A DNA stretch of 64,000 bases. It comes from Alloascoidea hylecoeti (lineage: Eukaryota). Numbering within the stretch: position 1 is the first letter of the stretch; each line of letters starts with the position of its first letter. Where the stretch lies: the NCBI GenBank assembly GCA_001600815.1, contig BCKZ01000007.1, forward strand, positions 854,059 to 918,058, in the 5' to 3' direction. The notes beneath the pieces are model-generated. The model did not search any database. It was not told the DNA's origin and saw only the letters and a program-made list of their open reading frames with translations. Both the position numbers and the translations under genes were made by a program. Shown here one piece after another: positions 38,664 through 50,485 of the stretch.

Positions 38664-40156
38664 ATGAGAGTGAGAAGTAAGTGATATTTTATTATATTTT
38701 TGTATATCCACCTCTCTAACTTCGCTTTTTAGAACCTACAAGTAAGAGAAGGAGTACCAAAATGGTACAAGGTCTAAAGAAAAAAGTAGCAGCTCATCAC
38801 AGGAAACAAAAAAAGTTAGCAAAGAAGGACCCAACATGGAGATCCAATCTTAAGAAAGATCCAGGTATCCCTGCTTCTTTCCCCTATAAAGAACAAATTT
38901 TGCAGGAGATTGAACAACAAAGAGAAGAAGATGAATTAGCAGAAGAAAAACGTAAAGCTGAAAGGGATGCAAAAAGAGAAGCCAAAAAGGCTGAAAAAGA
39001 AAAGTTTATATCAAAGGAGGATAAAGATGTCGATATGGACGAAGAAAATCCATTAGGTGCTTTGTTAGAGTCAGCTAAACAAGTTGAAGCTACACAAACT
39101 GGAAATGATAGTACCGAGGTTGACGCTCAGATAAATGATGACGATGATATAGAAGTAACTGAATATGATGTGATGGAAGTGGGTGAAGACGATGATGATG
39201 ATGATTTGGACTTTTCACAAAACATTGTTGATAAAGTACTAGATGTTTCGGATATTATATTATATATTCTTGATGCTAGAAATCCAGAAGCAACAAGATC
39301 AAAAAAAGTTGAAGATGCAGTTTTAGAATCAAAAGATAAACGGTTAATTTTCATATTAAATAAAATTGATTTAGTTGAAACTTCGGTATTAAAACAATGG
39401 ACTGAATATCTGGAAAAATCATTTCCTACAATACCTCTAATCTCTTCATCACCAGCGGTGAATGCAACTGTTTTTGAACATCCTTCATTATCAACTAATG
39501 GCAAAGCATCATCTTTATTAAATGCATTAAAGAATTATTCAGCCAAATCTAAAAATGTATTGGCTGTTGGTGTATTGGGTTATCCAAATGTTGGAAAATC
39601 TTCTGTTATCAATTCTCTTCTCTCCAGAAAAATACATCCAACTAACGAACAAGCAGGAACTACAACAGCAATAAGAGAAGTTACATTCGATGACTTCATA
39701 TTTTTTGACTCTCCTGGTATTGCCTTCCCTGTTGAAGAAAAAGAAGCAGATGAAGAAGCAAGATTAACATCATTAGGAGCTTTACCGTTAGGATATGTCA
39801 CTAACCCAGCACCTGCTGTCACTTTACTTTTGAAAACTATATCGAAAAATCCTGGTTTAATGAATAAATTTAAGGATTATTATGATTTACTTCCTGTGGC
39901 ATCTCAAGCAATAACCGAATTCACAAAGGAAGTTTTAATTCAGGTAGCTAGAAATAAAGGTAGAATAGGAAAGAAAGGAGTTCCAAATTCTACAGCCGCT
40001 GCTGGTTTAGTGCTCCAAGATTGGAGAGAAGGTAGAATTGTCGGATGGTCTAATCCTGAATCAGTCAAAGACATTGATCCAGTGGATAATAAACGGAAAA
40101 AGTTGATTCAAAAATGGAATAAAGAGTTCAAATTAAAGCCTTTATGGAACAATTAA
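38664..40156 (+). CDS. NUG1: Nucleolar circularly permuted GTPase Nug1, 2 exons (38664-38676, 38733-40156)
   Basis: Spliced start MRVRKPTSKRRSTKM; motifs KKDPGIPASFPYKE, ILDARNP, LNKIDL, GYPNVGKSSVINSL and DSPG. Confidence 0.93.
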
Positions 40157-40294
40157 TTAGAAATTTAATCAATCTGAGTAGCATTGATATTATTGTGTAC
40201 ACTAGCATTTTATATCGTTTACTAAAAATTTTCAGTCAAGTTTATAAGAAATTTTATATAATAACTATCATTAAAATTGGATACAATATTTTGT

Positions 40295-41105
40295 TTAATC
40301 AGTAGGTAAATTCCACTATAGTTGTAGATATTAGTTATGTTATAAGATCATACATAGATTCAAAAAAATGAACTTACCAAACCATCACCAAAATAGCAAA
40401 TAACCTCCACACCAATACCTTTATTTGTCGCCTTTATGTCTTCAGTACTCATTATCAATTTACCAATTGCCAACGCTGTTTCTTTACCCTCGGCATATAT
40501 GGCAACGATAGTACCAACTGGCAATCCAGGAGCATCTGGCAATTTGGCGCCAGGTGAAGTCAATCCTGGACACATAATATTTGCACCTCCTAAGATAAAT
40601 TTAATTGCGCCACGGTCGACCTTCACAGATGGGAAACAACTAGGATCTGACCAGACACATTAACAGTTAGTAATAGATTAAAGTCAACATCATTAACAGC
40701 CTTGACATACATTTATGAACCATTTTTATACTGGGTATTAATTCCTCGTTGAAATGTTGGGATAACACAATTTCACCATTAAGTGAATAGATGGTGATCT
40801 TATCCTCACTATATTAAGACCTCAATCGTTAGCTACCCACTAGATAAAAAAATAACAGATAATAGATTAAAATTATAATCATACCATTTCAATTGAACGA
40901 TCTGGCTCTTCTTAGGGATTAAATCATCAATAACAGGTGCAAGGTCTTCAAACTGTGATACTAGTTTGGTTTTCAAACCTCTTTGTACAGATGATTTGAT
41001 ATTTGAGCGAGAGTGAACGTCCTCCCTTGTAAATCTATACCATAAACAGGTTAGTTTCAGTAACAAATATATAGAAAAATGTAAGTATATATACTTTTTA
41101 AACAT
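40295..41105 (-). CDS. TMA20: Translation machinery-associated protein Tma20 (MCT-1), 5 exons (41105-41095, 41034-40885, 40808-40711, 40646-40378, 40315-40295)
   Basis: [25 protein letters not shown]...[28 protein letters not shown]...FGDGLWNLPTD*. Four GT-AG introns keep the frame. Confidence 0.93.
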
Positions 41106-41271
41106 GTCTCGGTATTTGATATAGGAATAATAATTCCTTTTTGAATATTTAATTTTGATGAAATTTAGAATTACCCGGCTTGATCAGTTCAAAATGATAA
41201 TAATAATAATAATAACAATAAACAATAAACAATTATTAACTACTGTAGAAATATTTTGAGGCCCAGTTGTT

Positions 41272-42987
41272 ATGGCATCTCATCGCGAATATAGTGCTGG
41301 GCAATTTACTTTGTATGAGGAGTTAGGAAGAGGGAGTTTTGGTGTGGTTTATAGGGGGATTGATAATCTAACTGGTAATATCGTTGCAGTCAAACAAATA
41401 GACTTGGAATCAAGTGATGATGATATTGAAGAGATTCAAAAGGAAATCGCAATATTAAGGACATGTAGACATCCGAATATAACAAAATACTATGGTTGTT
41501 TTGTTAAAGGTTATAAACTATGGATCATTATGGAATGTCTTAGTGGTGGTTCATGTTTGGATCTGTTACAGTCAGGATCAATTGATGAATCAGGTATCGC
41601 TATCATTTGTAAAGGTTTAGTACAAGCTTTAATTTATCTACATGAAAATGGAAAGATACACAGGGATATTAAAGCTGCTAATGTTCTGCTCTCATCCAAA
41701 GGAGAGGTCAAAGTTGGAGATTTCGGTGTCGCTACTCAACTGTCTAATAACTTATCAAGAAGAAACACGTTTGTTGGTACACCAGTATGTATATTCTATT
41801 AATACTCAAATCTTGGAAAAATATGCTAATTATATGTTAGTTTTGGATGTCACCAGAGGTAATATTGCAAGAAACTTATAATTATAAAGCAGATATATGG
41901 TCTCTGGGAATAACCGCAATGGAATTAGCATTAGGCAAACCGCCATTATCCAATATTCACCCAATGAAGGTATTATTCTTAATTCCCGAATCAGATCCAC
42001 CTAGATTACCAAGGAATAAATATTCTGCTGAATTTTGTGATTTTGTTAGTTCATGTTTACAAAAGAATCCTCACAATCGATTATCTGCTAAAAAATTAAT
42101 AAGTCATCCTTTTATAACGAATGCCGGAGGAATATCGAGGATGAAACAAATAATTGAGAAAAATAAAAGTCATGGTCCCTCAAGTACTCCTAAGAAGATG
42201 TACGTGCCAACAGTGTGAGTAAATACATTTATTATTACAATTGAGGGAATCTCTTAACATAACACTAACAATCAATAACATAGCCAAAGTAAAGATGAAT
42301 CATTAGATTCAATCAACACGAGTCAAATTGATTGGGATCTTGGAACCGTGAAAACTAAAACTATTAAATCTAGTACCATTCGTAATGAAAAGAATATAAA
42401 GGAACCCGAAACGATACAATTAAATAAAATAGATAAAGTATTTCAAGAAAACTTACAAACCTTCAAAAATAATAATAGAGTAAAATTTAATAACACAGTA
42501 ACTGAATTTCGATCATCTTCAAAAGTTGGTTCATCACCCTTAAAGAATCATGATCATGAACATACCCATGATATTTTTATATCGGAACAACTTAATAAGG
42601 TAATGGTGCAAAGCATAGAACAATTTAAACGAGAATCTGATTTATCTAGAGCAATTAATGAAGATGAACTTTTAAATAAGTTAAATGACTTTATGAAGCT
42701 TTTTGAAGAAATGGATCCAATGATCCTTTTAGATTTATTCAAAATAACTATTCAAAATGTTAAAAGGTATGTTTCATAATTAACTGTTTTTGATACGTAT
42801 ATTTTCGGAATTAGTCTAATAGATTATATCAATATTTAGGGATCCTATATTGTTTCCAAAATTGATACAGACGGATGAAAATAATAGTATTGGTCTTGAA
42901 CGTCAAGTGAATACGAGAAATAGGGACCGTGTCGAAGAGTTATTATTAAGTAGATGGGTACAAGGAATGAAATTGAATAAAAAGTGA
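41272..42987 (+). CDS. STE20/GCK-family kinase, Sid1/Sps1-like, 4 exons (41272-41784, 41841-42214, 42284-42766, 42840-42987)
   Basis: ELGRGSFGVVY, DIEEIQKEI, IHRDIKAAN, DFGVATQL, RRNTFVGTP/FWMSPEVI, DWDLGTVK and a C-terminal VEELLLSRWVQG. Confidence 0.85.
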
Positions 42988-43294
42988 CATGATTTTAAAG
43001 AAAAGAATTATTAATACAAAAACATATAGCTTTTATACACTTATATTTATATTGAATTGTTCATTAAAAGCATATTGTATTTAATCGCGATAACAATCGA
43101 TTCTATTAACTTCTTTCCTTTCAGATAGCCATATAAAAGTTGATAGATAAGTCTTGGGGCAGGAATTATTAACATATATAACTGGTTAATGAGTATTATC
43201 TCGTGAATTTCCAAAGAAACGGAGAAAACAGATAGCTAATTGACTTCGAGAATCATTATTTAATTGATAAGTATCATGCTATACCTTCTATTTT

Positions 43295-44143
43295 TCAGTC
43301 AATTTTTGACTCAGTAGATTTTTCTCTTCTTCTTTTACTCCGTGATTTGTCATAATCTCCATCTCTCAATTTATCTCTTGGTTTATGCCTATAAGCAGAC
43401 CTTTCATCCTTTTCGTTCCTGTGTGAGCTCCTATGTGAGCTACTGTGAGAACTCCTATGCGAACTCCTATGCGAACTTCTATGCGAACTTTTGTGTGAAT
43501 TTCTATGAGTATGTGAGCGATCACCAGAACAAAAAGATGAACTCTCATTCCTTTTTTTATCTTCCAAATAACCTTTCATTGGATCCTCGAGATCAGGATC
43601 CACTTCCTTATTAGTATTAAGTTGGGTATTGTCCCTCGTAGGCTCTTCTGCTTCTGACTCAACAACCATTATATCTTCTTCACTTTCACCTTCCTGTAGC
43701 TTATAACGCGTATGATCAACTTTAATAGTTCTATCCAATATCTGTGCTCCATTTAGGTTATCAACAGCTAAAATTGTTGATCTTTGATCTTCATATTTTA
43801 AGAAAGCGAACCCCTTTGAACGCCCAGTCGTTTTATCGCGAACTAACTTTAGCACCACTGGACAGCCATATTGAGAGAATATAGTTAATATATCGCCTTC
43901 TGTTAATTCTAGAGGTAATGAACCAATATCTTTATGCATTCATGTTAGAAAAGGTTTGTCAAATGAGGGAAAGCGAACATAAACATACATATAAAAGCGG
44001 TGTCTTTATACTGATTGTGCCAAGAGCCTTGGTGCCCTATACCTCGATCCACTTCCAGTTGACTAAGTTGTGTGGCAGACTTAAAACTAAACAAAATTGT
44101 TAGTGTGTGTCTCTGAAAATAATTTTAGATTGACTTACCTCAT
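43295..44143 (-). CDS. IST3: RES/U2 snRNP RRM protein Ist3/Snu17 (RBMX2), 3 exons (44143-44139, 44086-43989, 43929-43295)
   Basis: [35 protein letters not shown]...[24 protein letters not shown]...VDH, followed by an HRSS-repeat tail. Confidence 0.93.
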
Positions 44144-44211
44144 TGATATAAAATTGATGGGATGGAGGTTTCTAAATATTTTATTAAGCAGTGAGAACTT
44201 TCTTTTGAACC

Positions 44212-45024
44212 ATGTTTCCATGGCCATACGCATACGCCTACACAGCATACAAAGTAACATCTATGGTCGGCCTTCCCAGTGTACCAAATCTCAATCTCAT
44301 GTCATCGGATAAAACCTCTACAAGCCTTCCGAAAGATGACTTTCTCAAGTGTATCAATAGAGACCCTTTGTATCCCAATTATGCCTATGAAAACTCCATA
44401 GACTCAAAACCATTACTACCAAAACCTGAAAAATGGAACGGACATGTTGACACATTACAAGCATTTATAGGCAGAGCTGAACGTTATTTGAACAGTTTTG
44501 CCCCGAGATTGACTGCACCGGTTGCGTTGCAATTATATCTGGACTTGTTGCCACTGGAAGTAGCTGCTGCGATAGAAGACGGTTCATTGCCTAGCAATTT
44601 TTTCGTTTCGAATGTTTTCACCACTCCACAAGACATATCTGATAGGTTACGTTATATATATAAGCCCTCTTACGAACTATTTACAAAATCGTATGAACAA
44701 AAATTAAGAAAACTTAGTATGGAGTTTTCAAATTCAGAAGATACACAAACACCAAATACAAATACTCAACAATTACAATTAGAAAATTATGCACAGTCAC
44801 ATTTTCTGATTAGTAGGTTCTTAAAAAACACTGATCGATTTTTTATAGATTCATTTATGGAAGGATTAAATGATAATTTGAAAGACAAATACTTGGAACT
44901 GTCAAAAAGTGAATCTAGTTATTTGGAATTTCTTCACAAAATTATCGCCACCGAAAAATTGTCAAACGATGATTCTGCATATGAAAAAATTGACTCGCGA
45001 TCGAGCTTAGATTTAAAGAAATAA
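44212..45024 (+). CDS. Stand-alone Ty3/gypsy Gag (capsid)-like protein; alternative start at 44263
   Basis: LPKPEKWNGHVDTLQAFIGRAERYLN resembles the capsid N-terminal P.P.KF.G....FL...E.YF motif. LENYAQSH...FIDSFMEGLNDNLKD resembles the MHR/CTD Y...F...F..GL pattern. No pol or LTR is visible. Confidence 0.6.
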   Translation: MFPWPYAYAYTAYKVTSMVGLPSVPNLNLMSSDKTSTSLPKDDFLKCINRDPLYPNYAYENSIDSKPLLPKPEKWNGHVDTLQAFIGRAERYLNSFAPRLTAPVALQLYLDLLPLEVAAAIEDGSLPSNFFVSNVFTTPQDISDRLRYIYKPSYELFTKSYEQKLRKLSMEFSNSEDTQTPNTNTQQLQLENYAQSHFLISRFLKNTDRFFIDSFMEGLNDNLKDKYLELSKSESSYLEFLHKIIATEKLSNDDSAYEKIDSRSSLDLKK

Positions 45025-45696
45025 TTAATGATTTGTGATGTTATACGGAATAAGTAGTAAAGTAGTATATTATGTTGTAACATATACTAGCTATAGTAAA
45101 CTAATAGATGAATGATGAGAATAGTCTTTATGATTAGATTAATATAATGAGTGTCCCTCTAATTATAATTGTTGCGAAATAATGCCGCATATTGCTACAC
45201 CATAGTTCGCGATTTGCTTGGCCGGTGATTCGGTATTAATTTAATGGGCTGAATAATTCATTGGCTGTCAATCACATATAGCTGGCTGTAGTTATAGGTT
45301 TGGGACCAATAGCTTTATGCTCGCATCCGTTCTCTATTCTGCATTGTTTTTTGCTGGTAGCTGGCAGTAATCGATTACATATTGTGAGAGTAAATGCTAT
45401 TGTAATTACCTGATTAGGATCAGTGAACATTGAACAGGCTAGCGAACTACACTCACTACATGTTAATGTTAATTTAATGATGTATTCTTACACGATATAT
45501 ATTTAATGACTTTATTAAAATGAGGTATAAAAACCATTTTATTGTAAAATTAATGGGTAACATTGAAGTTTATTCAACTGATATGCATTTCATTTAACTA
45601 ATTATTTATTAACATGAATGACTGTAAACCTGAGATAAATTATCAGAAAATTGCAAGCCATTATAAGAGTATATTTTAAAAATCAACCAGCTTTAT

Positions 45697-46719
45697 CTAT
45701 AAACTGATTCCTAGTAAGGAAAGAGAAACTGAAATGCTTAAAGTAACTCCAATGCTCTTCAATAGAGTAGCAACAACAGCGGTAACATCAAGAAGTTCAT
45801 AAGCATATGAAACAACAGTGAGTGTACCAGTAACACATGTATTAACAGCTGCTCCAAAATTATTACCACTGATAACGGCTCCTCCAGTCAAATCATCAGA
45901 TTCTAAAGCTGTTTCAACATCAACAAAAACATTGGCTTCAACAAGAACTTGAGCACTTTCCAATACATTAATACATTTAGGTACGACGTTGAAATAATTG
46001 TTGAAACAATGTGCTTTTCCAAATCTAATTAGAGGAGCATGTGATGCCAAGTTATTGAAGTAATTGAAAGCAAGAGTAACAGCTAAATGTCCACTAACTT
46101 CAGATGCAATATCATCAACATGACCAATGGTACAAGCGTTATAGTGATCATGAATACTGTTATAAGATAATGTAATGTAATCTGAAGCATGTAAAATATC
46201 AATTAAACCACCATAATAGTCTTCACCGTGAAGTTGATCAGAAGATAAATCACAATGATCAATCCAAACATTGGTACTTGTCGAAATTTCAATTGCACTA
46301 CCAGTAGCTGCAAGAACCTTTTTAATTGTTAGGTTTCTTATAATGACATCACTAACGCTATTGATAAGGAAACCAACACCGGTAAGAACAACATCAGTAG
46401 AAGACGCGATAATAGTCTTACTTCCAGCAACTGTAATAATAACATCATCAGAAATTGATTCAGTAATGACAATAATTAACTTTTCAGTGGATTTTGCATA
46501 AGTCTCTAAATCGGCTAAAGTAGAAACAGTAACCGTCTCACCACCATAACCACCAACTGTACCACCATTCAAAGAAGCATAACCAAAAGCTGATTCAGTA
46601 AGAAGAGTAGAGGAAGAGCCAGATGATGTAGTACAAGTTGAGCATCTTTTTTCTAAAGCTAATGGAGAAGCTAAAGCTGCAGCTGCGTAAAAGAGAGATG
46701 TGATTGAGAAAAATTTCAT
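45697..46719 (-). CDS. Secreted polysaccharide lyase family 1 (pectate lyase) homologue with substituted active site
   Basis: Signal peptide MKFFSITSLFYAAAALASP and Kex2-like KR; motifs FGYASLNGGTVGG, VIIRNL, NVWIDHCDLS and HCFNNYF; hydrophobic C-terminus. Confidence 0.88.
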   Translation of the reverse strand: MKFFSITSLFYAAAALASPLALEKRCSTCTTSSGSSSTLLTESAFGYASLNGGTVGGYGGETVTVSTLADLETYAKSTEKLIIVITESISDDVIITVAGSKTIIASSTDVVLTGVGFLINSVSDVIIRNLTIKKVLAATGSAIEISTSTNVWIDHCDLSSDQLHGEDYYGGLIDILHASDYITLSYNSIHDHYNACTIGHVDDIASEVSGHLAVTLAFNYFNNLASHAPLIRFGKAHCFNNYFNVVPKCINVLESAQVLVEANVFVDVETALESDDLTGGAVISGNNFGAAVNTCVTGTLTVVSYAYELLDVTAVVATLLKSIGVTLSISVSLSLLGISL

Positions 46720-49326
46720 TGCTAAATCAATTAAACGAATGTTGTATGATAGAATAAATATCGAGGAAAATAACACTCTTTATATACACAATTGAATACT
46801 AAAACTATTCTACAATGAACAAGAAGATATATGCTCCATACTGACATCCTTAGTTATGCAAATCATATATAATTGCATTACCACCTTGATATACAAGTCA
46901 GGCAAGAAACAACTGCAATTGCATTTTAGAGAATGTACGTTTTCATTTACAAATCCATATACTAGCCTGTCCCACTTTGACATAGCCCAATTACAATAGT
47001 TGGTTGGAATACATGGCATGATGATTATATTATTAATACAAGCTGTAGTTGGCCATAAATCCAAACGGTATTGTTCATTTTCAACTATATAATAATTAAG
47101 GAACAACAACTGCAGCTGTCTAATAACATTTAATAGTATTAATGATTATATGAGTACTTTCCAATAACTTAATATATACGTTTAACACCGCCTAATAAAT
47201 TAGAAGAGCTGCTCAATTATAATCTTTTATGTGGCAAGTTTTCAATTAAATGAAAAATTACAAAAACTTAGAGTTATTCTGAACATTTAGCTTGTATGAT
47301 TATATTGTATTTAATAGTATGTAGTTCAATTTATAAAGATAGGTTAGGTCTAGGGAGATATCTACTACGTTTTTAACTGAACTATAGGGTAGCTAGTACT
47401 AGTTGACCCTGGAGATCTAGAGTTGACGTTAGGGTCGAAGTTTACCAAATATTTATTAGTTTGTTGTGATACATATGCAGATACACTGATACACTGTTCT
47501 TTTGCAGAATTAGGGATGTTATTTTACGAAAAACATTTAAAGTCTTAAATTCATAAATTTGACTTTAGCTATATGACATAACCTATACCTAGGGCGTTTG
47601 AAACTAAACTCCGACCGTGTGTCCGACAATCCCGGATGTGAAAATATAGCGTTATACTTGTCATCTTAGGAATCAGTTAGGATACGGATGTGCTTAGATA
47701 CCAATTAAACCGAACAATGATCATTATATAAGCCTTATAAGGATTATCACGCATATGTCTTACTAAAAAATACCTCTTAGTGGGCTCTTAGTGATGGATT
47801 TGGGCGTGAATAGATCCAGAATATATTAACCATTAACTTAGTTATGTGGTTCATAATTGGTCAGTATTTATTGTCATCTTATAATATTAAGTAGAATATA
47901 TATAAGTATAAATTTATAATTCGATTTGTCTTGTCATCCACAAAATAATTGTAACTGTTTATAAATGAACGATTTATTCACTGCAGTTATTATATCGAAT
48001 TATATGGTGGTAATCACCTTTAAATAGAATAGAAGATATCATTACATTAGCAAGACCTTGACAAACATAAAAATACATTAAAAAACATGTCTTTCTATAT
48101 GCTGAAAATTTTATATAAATAAAATGACAATTGCAATTAGGACCGAAATAACGATTATCCAATAGACCACCATGCATTCTTGAGTAAGTCTAGATCCTCA
48201 TGATCAACGTTAACTTGCAATTGTATATTTTTAATAATCATAAAGAATATATTGCAATTGTATATGGAAATTAAGAGCCATATACGTTTAAATACCTATG
48301 ATTAGTATTAAATTTTACGAAGCTTAAGCTTATATTTGTAATTAAATTTTATAAAGGTTGGACATATCGATTACCTCCTCGAGCTTACTCGAAAAAAATT
48401 AAGATATGAGGCATTTTGGGATCATCCTCCAAATTGATGGCTTAGCAGAGAGCTAATATATCTATATGGAATAGAATGCTTTTTGAACGGTCAAAATAAA
48501 CTATGCAGATTATTAAATAACGTGTCCATTTACGCTGATCCGTTAATTATATGTAATGAACATATATATTACTATTTCATGTGGTATATACCGTATTATA
48601 TATAACTTCCTTTAAATTTTAAAAAGAGATTAACCTTAGGGAATAATCTGCCTTAATTTTTCAATTAATTGCAATCGTGATCTAAAGTTAGCCTTCAATA
48701 ATTGGAATGATAAGTTTGGAGTTGCATATATTAAGATCTTACAATCAAATTGAAAGCCTTTAGAATTTTATGACTTTGAAAAATCTAGGTCTTAAAGAAC
48801 TACTGAATAGTTTTAAGATTCAACTTAATGAATTAAGTGAAGGTAATTAACAATAAAATCCTGAATTTGAACGTATCAAGCTAGTTGTAATTAAAGTATT
48901 CTAGTTATGGCAGTTATATGCATGTTAAAACTTAAGGTAGGACCCTGCATATAATTATATCTACTTCTTCAAATTGCCAAAAATACTTGTATCATGTGGC
49001 CTAATATTTAGTTCAATAGGTAGCCGGAATTATAAGTCGGATGACAGTCTATATGTCAAACCGGAGAAGTTTATGAAATGAGAAATTAAAGTTGTATTTG
49101 CTATATTTATAAGATATATATATAATTCAAATTCCTGGTCATAATAATAGTTATGAAAACTCCTGTAAGATTTTATATAAAATAACTTTATGATCTCCCC
49201 CAGTTTGTATGCCCAATTGCAACTAAATTGATATATGTTTGAAATAACTACATGACTAAGTTAGCCAAGAAGATGGCTATAAGACCGTCAGAAAAAACGT
49301 AAATGATATTTGAGATGAAAGATAAT

Positions 49327-49983
49327 TTAAGCAAAGTCACCATATAATCCAATGACAGCAATCACCGTAGCTATACTAGAAACACCAGTAGTAAAATAAA
49401 AGTAATTTTGTAAAGAATTCAAATTTTGGCCAATTATTTGTTTGGCTAAAACTTCCTCTGCTTCACCAATGGTAACTTCGTCAGATGTATTTGAAGTAGT
49501 TGGATGAGCATCATCTTCATGATCAGATCCAAGAGTTTGGTAGACCGAATTATCAAGCGTTGATCTTTCCTCAATTTTAACCTTTTCGGTTTTCTTTGTT
49601 GGTTTAGGTTTAACTGATCTAATGGCTGAATCTTGAGAAGAAATAGTTTTAACCAATGGAAGTATTTTTAAAAATCCAAAACTAGCAATCAGTGGAACAG
49701 ATAAAGATGAGTAGATTAAATAAGGATGTCTACCTTGTTTGGAAGCAGTGGCAAAAGCACCAAAGAGAGTTATAAAAGAAACAGATGATAAGATTCCAAA
49801 GATTTTACCACTTTTACAAAAGAGTTTTTGTAAATAGCTTTTAGTGTCATTGATGCTAAGGGATGCTGAAAATGATTTGATATGTGGGATGATTATTGAC
49901 GAATAGGTCAAGTAAGAACCCGATAGGAGACCGAGGAAGGTTGTACCTATGATCTTGGATGCCACGAGGTGTGGACAAGGCAT
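49327..49983 (-). CDS. ATG33: Mitochondrial outer-membrane Atg33/Scm4-family protein
   Basis: KIIGTTFLGLLSG, GRHPYLIY, LDNSVY..LG and a C-terminal IGLYGD. Confidence 0.75.
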   Translation of the reverse strand: MPCPHLVASKIIGTTFLGLLSGSYLTYSSIIIPHIKSFSASLSINDTKSYLQKLFCKSGKIFGILSSVSFITLFGAFATASKQGRHPYLIYSSLSVPLIASFGFLKILPLVKTISSQDSAIRSVKPKPTKKTEKVKIEERSTLDNSVYQTLGSDHEDDAHPTTSNTSDEVTIGEAEEVLAKQIIGQNLNSLQNYFYFTTGVSSIATVIAVIGLYGDFA

Positions 49984-50344
49984 TTGAATATATAAACGTG
50001 TTATTCTCTTGATTTGTTGATTGATTGACTCTTTAAGATAAAGAGGAAATAGCAGCGAAAGTCAGAAGCTAAAATAAACAAGTAAAAGTGGCAAATTGTT
50101 ATAACTGGAGAGCAGATCGGGCGGGTAACATCTCTGTTTTACCTGTACATTTTGGTTTAATGTTAATATGGCTTATTAGATGAATAGATCATTAAATAAT
50201 CAGCATATTCAAGTGACTAAATTTCATCATTTGGAGGTACTTTCCAATTCGTAGCTATTCAGAACCTCATAATCGCTATTTGTGTGGAGTCTTTTGATGC
50301 ATGTTACCAAACTCTGTCTTGCGATTGGCCGATGCCCAGGCCTA

Positions 50345-50407
50345 CCGTTTACGGCCCGTGCTCCTATTTACCCCCTCTCACCATGACTCATGTCATCATG
50401 TATAAAA
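50345..50407 (+). promoter_or_regulatory. ILV5 promoter: Leu3-type site, Gcn4 site and TATA box
   Basis: CCG-N4-CGG (CCGTTTACGG, 50345-50354), ATGACTCAT (50383-50391) and TATAAAA (50401). Confidence 0.75.
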
Positions 50408-50485
50408 GGACCCTTTTTTCACTTTTCTTTTTCACTTCTTTCTTAAGCTCAATTATTCTTCAATTCATCCTTTTGATACATAGAA

